Source: Planctomycetota bacterium
GTDB lineage: Bacteria; Planctomycetota; UBA1135; UBA2386
Assembly: GCA_947501605.1 (NCBI GenBank)
Contig: CANMWZ010000001.1
Coordinates: 32,001 to 96,000, forward strand
Direction of reading: 5' to 3'
DNA length: 64,000 nt
Part shown: positions 1 through 7,630 of the stretch, piece by piece
Position numbering within the stretch: position 1 is the first letter of the stretch
How the letters are laid out: the number at the start of each line of letters is the position of its first letter
Notes under the pieces: model-generated
What the model was told of the DNA's origin: nothing
Databases searched by the model: none
The model's input: only the letters and a program-made list of their open reading frames with translations
Made by a program: the position numbers and the translations under genes

Positions 1-2
1 CG

Positions 3-488
3 CGGCGACTGGTGGAGCGCGGCGTGCGCTTCGTCGAAGTCCTCTGCCCCGATACCGGCCACGATCGCTGGGATCAGCACAGCAATCTGAGAAACGGCCT
101 GGCCGACAACTGCCGCATGGTGGACCAACCGATCGCAGCCCTGCTCGAAGACCTCGCCGCGCGCGGTCTGCTCGACGAGACGCTGGTCGTCTACTGCGGC
201 GAGTTCGGCCGCACGCCGTTCGCCCAGGGCCACAATGGCCGCGACCACAACCCATTTGGCTTCACGACCTGGATGGCTGGTGGCGGCACACGAGCGGGTG
301 CGAGCTACGGCGCCACGGACGACTACGGCTACGCGGCGGTCGAGAACCCATTCACGGTGCACGACCTGCATGCCACCATGCTCCACTTGCTCGGCATCGA
401 CCACGAGCGCTTCACCTTCCGCTTCGGTGGCCGCGACATCCGGCTGACGGACGTCTACGGCAACGTGCCGCACGCGCTGCTGGCGTAA
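3..488 (+). CDS. DUF1501 domain protein (5'-truncated by window edge)
   Basis: Motifs [40 protein letters not shown] are typical of DUF1501; frame is open to the window start. Confidence 0.9.
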   Translation, partial: RRLVERGVRFVEVLCPDTGHDRWDQHSNLRNGLADNCRMVDQPIAALLEDLAARGLLDETLVVYCGEFGRTPFAQGHNGRDHNPFGFTTWMAGGGTRAGASYGATDDYGYAAVENPFTVHDLHATMLHLLGIDHERFTFRFGGRDIRLTDVYGNVPHALLA

Positions 489-578
489 CGCCCTTTGCAG
501 CCCCGGTGTTTCTAGCTCCGGTGGAAGGAAGTCGCCGGCTGAAGGCAGGACGAGCCCGCACCAAGCGCGGGTGCGGCA

Positions 579-642
579 CCCAAACCACGAGGGGCCCAAA
601 CCATGAGGGGCCCAAACCATGAGGGGCCCAAACCATGAGGGG
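579..642. repeat. Tandem repeat, 4 x 16 bp CCCAAACCA(C/T)GAGGGG
   Basis: Copies start at 579, 595, 611 and 627 with no spacers; preceded by a GC hairpin CCGCACC..GGTGCGG (~556-576) between convergent genes. Confidence 0.95.
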
Positions 643-804
643 CTGGGCACCTAGCGGCCACCCACCGAGCAGGCAGGACGGACTCGACTTGCTGACGGCG
701 GCGGTAGCGTCTGCGTCCGTCAGCGTCCAGGTGAAGAGGTAGTGCCCTCGCCAGCCGACTGTTGGCGCCCGTGCCGACCCGCTGCGCTGCCCCGCACCAA
801 CGCC

Positions 805-1512
805 TCACTCGTCGTTGCTACGTCCGAACAAGCCGAGCCGGGACGCCCAATACAGCAGCACGAGCAGCGAGCTGATGAAACCGGCGACATAGGTAAGGGC
901 CGCGGCGTTCAACACCGTACGCGCCCCCGGCAGTTCCTCCGCCGTGAGCACCGCGCTGTGCTCAAGGGTCAGCATGGCGCGCCGACTGGCGTCGAACTCG
1001 ACCGGCAGCGTGACCAGCGTGAAGAGGGTTGACGTCGCGAACAGCCCAAGGCCGAGCCAAGTCATCAGCGGCGAGCCGCTGACCCCGCCCATGAAGGCTG
1101 CCGCCATGATCACATAGATGCCAATGTTGGTACCGATGTTTGCGACCGGCACCCAAGCCGAGCGGAATCTCAGTGGGATGTAGCCCTGAGCGTGCTGGAT
1201 CGCATGGCCAACTTCGTGCGCAGCGATGCCGACCGCGGTGATGCTCCGCTCGCCGTAGACGATCTCGGACAACCGCAGGGTCTTGCTGCTCGGGTCGTAG
1301 TGGTCGGTCAACTTCCCGGGGACCGATTCGACCTGTACGTCGCGGATGCCGTTGGCCTGCAGGATCGCGCGCGCGACCTGCGCGCCAGTGAAACCAGAGC
1401 GCGTAGCGATCTGACTGTAGTGAGCCGTCGCCGCCTTGACCCTGGCCGAAGCGAGGAGGCCGAGGAGCAGGCCGATACCGATAACGAACCAGTAGAACGG
1501 ATCGAACAACAT
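805..1512 (-). CDS. Membrane-bound neutral zinc metallopeptidase (Zn_peptidase_2/YugP-like)
   Basis: LTDHYDP, AAHEVGHAIQH (HExxH), TLPVEFDASRRA, AAALTYVA; start chosen at MLFDPFYW. Confidence 0.92.
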   Translation of the reverse strand: MLFDPFYWFVIGIGLLLGLLASARVKAATAHYSQIATRSGFTGAQVARAILQANGIRDVQVESVPGKLTDHYDPSSKTLRLSEIVYGERSITAVGIAAHEVGHAIQHAQGYIPLRFRSAWVPVANIGTNIGIYVIMAAAFMGGVSGSPLMTWLGLGLFATSTLFTLVTLPVEFDASRRAMLTLEHSAVLTAEELPGARTVLNAAALTYVAGFISSLLVLLYWASRLGLFGRSNDE

Positions 1513-1650
1513 CGCGATGGAGTCTCTCTCTGGGGACCGGCCACGTGGTAGCCCACGGTGAGACCCGAATCCAGGCCGGACCCGTGGCCATCGACCCAAC
1601 ACCCAACTACCTGTGGTCACAATGATCGTTGTCTCCTAGGCTGCAGCGCC

Positions 1651-2112
1651 ATGCAGAATCTGCGCGCCGAGATCCAGCAGACGAAGCCGTTCTCCTCGCC
1701 CGCGGAAGAGGCGTTCTTGAACTTGCAGCGCACCGCAGACCAGTTGCTGGCTGTCGAGGCTGGCTTTCTCGCCGGCTACGAGCTGACGCCAGCGCAATAC
1801 AACGTCCTCCGCATCCTGCGGGGCGCTGGCGAGCCAGGGCACCCCTGCCAAGAGGTCGGCGCACGCATGATTTCGCGGGTCCCCGACGTAACTCGGCTGC
1901 TTGACCGCCTGGAGAAGGCCGGACTCGTCGAGCGCCGCCGGTGCACCAAGGACCGCCGCATTGTCTACGCCATGATCCTGCCGAAGGGGCTCACCCTGCT
2001 GGCCCAGCTCGACACTCCGATGGCGGCCCTGCCGCCGCAGATGTTCGCGGCGCTCACCAAGACGGAGATCCGGCAACTCAACGACCTGCTCGTCCGCGCC
2101 CGCGGCAGTTGA
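1651..2112 (+). CDS. MarR family transcriptional regulator
   Basis: LTPAQYNVLRILRGA, PDVTRLLDRLEKAGLVER, DRR winged-helix motifs. Confidence 0.92.
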   Translation: MQNLRAEIQQTKPFSSPAEEAFLNLQRTADQLLAVEAGFLAGYELTPAQYNVLRILRGAGEPGHPCQEVGARMISRVPDVTRLLDRLEKAGLVERRRCTKDRRIVYAMILPKGLTLLAQLDTPMAALPPQMFAALTKTEIRQLNDLLVRARGS

Positions 2113-2177
2113 GCCGACGTTCTCCTGCAGGCGCCATTTCTCGTTGTCACGAGCTCCCTCCCGACAAGCACCTGACT

Positions 2178-2291
2178 CCGAATGGCGGCAACGACTACGC
2201 GCTGACTCTCGCGATCCTGGTCGCGGGACTCTTCGGCACCGGCCCCGACCGTGTTGCCCTTGTCCGCGAAGCCGCGGACGCAACGGCCTAG
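2178..2291 (+). pseudogene. Probable DoxX-family C-terminal remnant
   Basis: Translates PNGGNDYALTLAILVAGLFGTGPDRVAL..stop, resembling the DoxX C-terminal NGGxEY-x-L..GPG motif; no start codon or N-terminal part; lies between marR and pirin. Confidence 0.5.
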
Positions 2292-2413
2292 AAGTGCTCG
2301 AGCAACTGGCCTGCACCGGAGGCCGAACCGCCGAGTCCAAGTCCGCGACACCGCGATCGACCGTCGCCGCCGGCCGCAGCCACCATCCAACTGCAGAACC
2401 ACTACGAACCATC

Positions 2414-3109
2414 ATGATCACCCATCGCATGAGCAGCGCCCGCGGCTACGCCGACCACGGCTGGCTCCAGAGTTGGCACACGTTTTCGTTCGCCGACTAC
2501 CACGACCCCCTACACACGGGCTTTCGCTCACTCCGAGTCCTCAACGAGGACATCATCGCGGCCGGGACCGGCTTTGGAACCCATCCGCATCGCGACATGG
2601 AGATCCTGACGTGGGTTCTCGAAGGCGCTCTCACCCACGCGGACAGCATCGGCAACGGCGCGCCGATTCGGCCCGGCGAGGTGCAGGTCATGTCGGCTGG
2701 CACCGGGATCCTGCATAGCGAACACAACCACAGTGACGCGCGGACCCACTTGCTGCAGATCTGGATCCGGCCCGACCGCCACGGCTTGGCGCCGCGCTAC
2801 GACCACCGCACGATCGATCGCGCGGCCATGCACAACCAACTCGCCGAGATCGCCGGTGCCAAAGGCGGCACGGGCCTTGTGAGCCTCCACCAGGACGTCC
2901 GCATTCTGGCCGCCGACTTGGAGCCAGAAACCGCAATCGAGCACACGCTCCGCCCTGGCCGCGGGCTCTGGATTCAGGTCACCAAGGGCGCCGTCCGCCT
3001 TGGCAACCTCGTGCTGCAGCAGGGCGACGGTGCTGCGGTCGAGGGCGAACCCGCAGTGCGGCTCACGGCAATGCACCCAGCGCAGGTGCTACTGTTCGAT
3101 CTCCATTGA
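2414..3109 (+). CDS. Pirin family protein (YhhW-like)
   Basis: RGYADHGWLQSWHTFSFADY, GFGTHPHRDMEI, MSAGTGILHSE, LLQIWI. Confidence 0.95.
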   Translation: MITHRMSSARGYADHGWLQSWHTFSFADYHDPLHTGFRSLRVLNEDIIAAGTGFGTHPHRDMEILTWVLEGALTHADSIGNGAPIRPGEVQVMSAGTGILHSEHNHSDARTHLLQIWIRPDRHGLAPRYDHRTIDRAAMHNQLAEIAGAKGGTGLVSLHQDVRILAADLEPETAIEHTLRPGRGLWIQVTKGAVRLGNLVLQQGDGAAVEGEPAVRLTAMHPAQVLLFDLH

Positions 3110-3198
3110 CGGCAGCTTGCAGGCAGGACCCTTCCCTCGCCGGGAGCGCTGCCTATCCTGTGAGCCTCGCCCGCCGAACCCCCGGCCGGAGGATCCTG

Positions 3199-4155
3199 AT
3201 GCGAAGTCTGCCGATGCTGTTGCTGTTCGCGCTTGCAACAGCCTGTTCCTCGACCGCAAGCGACGAAGAGCGCCAACTCGCCTCCTTCCAACGCAACGCT
3301 GGTCTCTACTTCGAAAGCGGCAAGTACGACCAAGCCATGGGCCTGATCGAACGCGGCCTCGAACTCGAACCCGACGACTACAAACTGCTGTCGCTGCGCG
3401 CCTGCATCCATCTACGCCAGAGCGGCGCCGCTGGCGGTTCTGAGCAGCGCCAACTCGATATGTCGCTGAAGGGCTTTGCCGAGGTCTATGACCAGCGCGC
3501 GCCCTCGCGCCACGACCGCTACCTGCTGTTCTACTACGCCCTGGCACGACAGAAGCAGGGTCTCCGCCTGATGGCCGAGGCCGCGCGCGTCGACCCGCAG
3601 CAAGAAGACAGCAAGGAGATCACTGCCGAGAAGAACGCAGCCGCAGACACGGAGCTCGCCGCGGCCCGCGACATGCTGATGGTACTGCTCGATCGCGGCG
3701 AGATCCCACGACTGTGCCATTACCACATGGTGCAGATCGCAGCGGTCACTGGCGAAGAAGTGGCGCTGCTCGAACATGGCGAGAAGTACCTCGTCGCGGT
3801 TCAAAAGGACCAGGATCTGACCCAGGCCGAGATTGACCGGACCACGGTCTATGGCTGGGAGCAGTTCCAAAAGAGCGGGCTCAAGCAACTTCGGGGCGAC
3901 GAGATCGGCGTTCGCGAACTGCTGGCCCAACACCTGTACCAGCGCGGCGAGTACGAGCCTGCGCTCGCTCACGTCGACGCGGTTCTCGCGATCGATCCGA
4001 CCCGCAGCGACGACCACTACAACCGCGGCATCATCCTGCGCAAACTCGGCCGGACCGAGGAGGCAAAGGACGACATGCGCACATTCCTCGCCACCACCTC
4101 GCTGCCGCCTGACAGCCCCAAGGTCCAGGACGCGGTTCAGGCACTGGTGCAGTGA
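3199..4155 (+). CDS. TPR-repeat lipoprotein
   Basis: GGAGG RBS at 3188; lipobox LATAC; TPR-like helices (LYFESGKYDQA, AIDPTRSDDHYNRGIILRKLGRTEEA). Confidence 0.8.
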   Translation: MRSLPMLLLFALATACSSTASDEERQLASFQRNAGLYFESGKYDQAMGLIERGLELEPDDYKLLSLRACIHLRQSGAAGGSEQRQLDMSLKGFAEVYDQRAPSRHDRYLLFYYALARQKQGLRLMAEAARVDPQQEDSKEITAEKNAAADTELAAARDMLMVLLDRGEIPRLCHYHMVQIAAVTGEEVALLEHGEKYLVAVQKDQDLTQAEIDRTTVYGWEQFQKSGLKQLRGDEIGVRELLAQHLYQRGEYEPALAHVDAVLAIDPTRSDDHYNRGIILRKLGRTEEAKDDMRTFLATTSLPPDSPKVQDAVQALVQ

Positions 4156-4649
4156 GCGACGGTTCGCCGGAGCCACTGCCGACGCCGCGTCCAACCGCGA
4201 TGCACGGCCTCTCCACGCGAGCGCGCCTGCACCAGACCCGCGAATTCCAACGCGTGTACCAACGCGGCACGCGCGCCGCCGGCGAGTGGATCACAGTCGT
4301 CCTCATGCGTCAGGCGACCCCGCGCGGAACGCGACTCGGCGTCTCCGTCAGCAAGGACAACGGCTCCGCGGTGTGTCGCAACAAGATCAAGCGCTTGCTC
4401 CGCGAGGCCTTCCGACTCGAACGCAACAGCCTGCCGGCGGACCTCGACATCGTGCTGATTCCGCGTCCGCGCGAGGAGGCCGTGCCGCTGGCGGCACTGC
4501 GGCAAGAGCTACAACACCTCTGCGCGCGAGCGCTGGACTCGAAGCGGCGCCCCGATCACCGCCGCAGCGATCGCAGCAAGCCCGAAGCTCGCGGAGGCAA
4601 GTCGAAGCCCGAAGTTCGGCGCACCAAAGCCCCACGGGATCAGCGATGA
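4152..4649 (+). CDS. rnpA: Ribonuclease P protein component
   Basis: RL..REFQRVY, RLGVSVSK, SAVCRNKIKRLLREAFR (RNR motif); GTGA overlap with the upstream stop; alternative start ATG 4200. Confidence 0.93.
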   Translation: MSDGSPEPLPTPRPTAMHGLSTRARLHQTREFQRVYQRGTRAAGEWITVVLMRQATPRGTRLGVSVSKDNGSAVCRNKIKRLLREAFRLERNSLPADLDIVLIPRPREEAVPLAALRQELQHLCARALDSKRRPDHRRSDRSKPEARGGKSKPEVRRTKAPRDQR

Positions 4650-4864
4650 GGTGGCTCCTGATCGCCCCGGTCTGGCTCTACCGCGTGCTCATTTCGCCGT
4701 GGAAGCCGCGTTGCTGTCGGTTTGAGCCGTCGTGCTCAGGCTACGCCCTCGAGGCCTTGCGCACCCACGGAGCACTGCGCGGCACGCTGCTGACCACACG
4801 ACGCATCGTGCGCTGCCACCCGTTCACCGATCCGGCCTTCGACCCGGTCCCGCCTAGGGAGTGA
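4646..4864 (+). CDS. yidD: Membrane protein insertion efficiency factor YidD
   Basis: 72 aa MRWLLIAPVWLYRVLISPWKPRCCRFEPSCSGYALEA..RCHPF..DPVP; ATGA overlap with rnpA. Confidence 0.93.
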   Translation: MRWLLIAPVWLYRVLISPWKPRCCRFEPSCSGYALEALRTHGALRGTLLTTRRIVRCHPFTDPAFDPVPPRE

Positions 4865-4918
4865 ACGGTCCCGCCTAGGGGTTAACGGGTCCCGCCTAGG
4901 GAGAGACCCGTCCCGCCG
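4846..4918. repeat. 21-bp-period tandem repeat, core GGTCCCGCCTAGGG (3 copies plus 1 degenerate)
   Basis: Core at 4846, 4867 and 4888, degenerate copy at ~4909; first copy is the 3' end of yidD. Confidence 0.9.
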
Positions 4919-4941
4919 CAGCAGCCGCACGCAGCGCGAAC

Positions 4942-6537
4942 TCAGCGTGCACGCCAGATGTAGATCGACTCGTCCTTCGGGCCGATCCACAAGGGCAGCA
5001 CCAGGAGCAGTTCACAGTGCAACAGCAGGGCGGCCCGCAACGTGCCATCCGCGTCCTTCTCGGCCAGCTCCGGAAGGGCCGCAAGGAAGAACGGCACCCG
5101 CTGTTCGCGCCGCGCGCGCTCGATGATGCTCCGCACGTAGCGACCGCCAGCGTCGCTCGCACCGTTGGCAGTCGCGGCGATGTCGTGGGTCTCAATGCTG
5201 CGCAGATCGAAGACATCGGGGGCAACCGCACTCGCCTCACTGCGGTAGCGATCCGGCTGCAGGTAGTAGGCCAATACGGGTTCGTGCGTCGTGTGCACGA
5301 CGCATGGAGCGCCGCCCGCCGCCTGTTGCACATACTCGCTCGCGTCCCGCCAACGACCGCGATCGCCACACTGCACTGTCAGGTACAGGTAGTCACAACT
5401 CGCGAAGTCCCCGCACAAGAGCACCGGCAGCAACAGGCTGAAGGCAAGGCGCCGTGTACGGTCCGCGCTCGCCGCCAGCTCGAATAGCCGCATGGATGCC
5501 ACGCCAGCCAACAGCATCACTGCGGGCAACGCGATCAAGGCATAGCGGGCGGTCACCTTGACCATGCCCGCGCCGACCACGCCGAATAGCACGATCGGCA
5601 CCGCTGCCCAGCACAGCAAATGCAGGGCTGGCCCTTCGAGTCGCTTGCGAACCACCATGCACGCTCCGCACGCAGCCGCACAAAGCAGTGGCAGGCGGAA
5701 ATAGAACACTGTGGTCTGCAGCCAGTGCATGAGGGACGGCGCCACGTCCTGCTTTGCATCCTGGAAGCCGCGGAATGGCGGCAGCAACAGTAGCAGTGGT
5801 TCGAGCACCAGAAGGAGGCCGACGATCAGCAGCAGCATCGCCACCAAGCGGCGGCCGTCGCAGCGTCTGGAATCGAGCACCAATACCAATACGAACGACG
5901 GCAGCAGCACGAGGCTTGTCGGGTGGCACGTCGCCGCCAACGCAAGCCAACCGAAGGCAAACGCAGTGCGACGGCGCGATCGCTGCTGCCGACCGAGCCA
6001 GAACTCGCCTGCAGCGACCATGCCGAACAACACGACCAAGGCGTAGGCGCGCGCGTTCTGGCTCCAGTAGAGATGCCATGGATCGAGCGCGAGATACAGC
6101 GCTGCGAGCAACGCCGCGCCAGTACCGACCAGGTGCCGACCGTAGAGCGCTAGCAGCGGAATCGTCGCGATGCCACACAGCGCGAACGGCAATCGCAACA
6201 GCCCCTCACTGGCGTGCGGAAGCACACCGAGTTCGAGCAGGCCCCGCAGCATGAGATACGAGGTTGGATACCAGCGCCGTGCTTGCTCGAAGAACTGATC
6301 GAGCGGCACCGAGACATCGCGCCATGTGTGCCCCTCGTCAACCCAGATCGACCAGTCGTCGAGGCCCCATAGTCGCAGCCCTGAGGCCAGCGCCGTAATG
6401 GCGAACAGGATGCCCCACTGCAACAGAGAGAGCGACGCCGCTACTCCAGCACTCTGCTCCACGTTCGCCTCGGCCTCGACCACAGCGCGGGTGCGCGGCG
6501 GCGATAGGTGGAGGGCGAAAGGGAGTTCGACAGTCAT
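4942..6537 (-). CDS. GT-C fold membrane glycosyltransferase (PMT/ArnT-like)
   Basis: LRLWGL..SIWVDEGHT acidic loop, LRLPFALCG, PWHLYWSQNARAY, many TM segments; ATGA overlap with the upstream gene. Confidence 0.8.
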   Translation of the reverse strand: MTVELPFALHLSPPRTRAVVEAEANVEQSAGVAASLSLLQWGILFAITALASGLRLWGLDDWSIWVDEGHTWRDVSVPLDQFFEQARRWYPTSYLMLRGLLELGVLPHASEGLLRLPFALCGIATIPLLALYGRHLVGTGAALLAALYLALDPWHLYWSQNARAYALVVLFGMVAAGEFWLGRQQRSRRRTAFAFGWLALAATCHPTSLVLLPSFVLVLVLDSRRCDGRRLVAMLLLIVGLLLVLEPLLLLLPPFRGFQDAKQDVAPSLMHWLQTTVFYFRLPLLCAAACGACMVVRKRLEGPALHLLCWAAVPIVLFGVVGAGMVKVTARYALIALPAVMLLAGVASMRLFELAASADRTRRLAFSLLLPVLLCGDFASCDYLYLTVQCGDRGRWRDASEYVQQAAGGAPCVVHTTHEPVLAYYLQPDRYRSEASAVAPDVFDLRSIETHDIAATANGASDAGGRYVRSIIERARREQRVPFFLAALPELAEKDADGTLRAALLLHCELLLVLPLWIGPKDESIYIWRAR

Positions 6538-7547
6538 GTCTGCAGTACGGTCCAGCAGGCTGCATCGGCCGGATCGGGGGGCACGACGAGAACCCGGATC
6601 GAGGTGCCCGATGGCAAGGGTCGCAGCCAACCGCGCAACTGCACGCTGGCCGCCTCGTCGAACACCGCACGGTGCTGGTCGTCGAAGGTTGCTTCGATCG
6701 CACCGCACGGCGTGATCACGATTGCATGCGCCCCAAGCCCGGAGCCGGTCCAGCGCACCGACAGCGACTGCAGCGCACCGTCCATCGTGCGCACGAACGC
6801 GGCCTCGATGTCATAGCGGCGTTCGAGCCTCCCCGTCAGCGCCGGCAGCGGCAGACACGTGTCGCCACGGAGTTGCAGCAGCGGCAGGTCGAGCCGTCGC
6901 AGCAGCGGCGCCGCCGCAGAGTTGGCCCGCACCGCGAGAATCGCAACTTCCCCGTCGGCCCACGGCGCGCGCAATCGCAACGGCAGCGCCCGCGCGTCGT
7001 GCTCCGCGACTTCGTCGGCGAACACCACTCCAACCACCGGGACCTTGGCGGAGCCCACACTCTTGGCGACGGCCGCCAGGGGCGAGGCCAACCGTGCAGA
7101 TGTATGCGCAGCACGCAGCGCGACGATCGCTGGCAGGGCAAGGACCACGCCGAGAAGCGCGAGGCTCACCAGTCCGCGTTCGCGCAGACTGGGCGCCAAT
7201 GCGACTGCGACCACGGCACCAGCCGCGGCGAACGCATGCGAGGTCCACTCCGGCAAGGCCAGCGGCAGCGCCAACAACGGCAGGGTCCCCGTCAGAGTCA
7301 CGGCGACAAAGGCGCCAAAGGAGCCGGCGCGGACGCCACGCGCCGAGAAGCGCAGCCAGAGCATCACCAGCGACGCTGCCGCGATGGCCGCAATCGGGCC
7401 GCTCGCCCAGCGCCGAACCACGGCGAAATCGCCGGCCAGGACTTCGCCCGCATTCGGCTCGAACGGCGACCGCAGCCCGGCCACGGTCGCGATGGTCGCC
7501 GCGGTGCAACCGAGACTGAGCAACAAGGGGATCCAGGACGGGCGCAT
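6534..7547 (-). CDS. Hypothetical integral membrane protein
   Basis: About 5 hydrophobic segments then a soluble C-terminus; translationally coupled to the GT-C gene; start uncertain. Confidence 0.6.
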   Translation of the reverse strand: MRPSWIPLLLSLGCTAATIATVAGLRSPFEPNAGEVLAGDFAVVRRWASGPIAAIAAASLVMLWLRFSARGVRAGSFGAFVAVTLTGTLPLLALPLALPEWTSHAFAAAGAVVAVALAPSLRERGLVSLALLGVVLALPAIVALRAAHTSARLASPLAAVAKSVGSAKVPVVGVVFADEVAEHDARALPLRLRAPWADGEVAILAVRANSAAAPLLRRLDLPLLQLRGDTCLPLPALTGRLERRYDIEAAFVRTMDGALQSLSVRWTGSGLGAHAIVITPCGAIEATFDDQHRAVFDEAASVQLRGWLRPLPSGTSIRVLVVPPDPADAACWTVLQT

Positions 7548-7630
7548 CGAGCGCGGCAGACTACCGACGCCAGTGCGTGCGCGCCGCATGCCGATTGAGT
7601 TCGCGTGCCGCTTGCTGCATCGTCCAACGC

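Noticed and set aside
579..642. Possible CRISPR array (also 4846-4918 and 61785-61842)
   Set aside because: Units are 16-21 bp and head-to-tail with no or 7-nt linkers; no unique spacers and no cas genes
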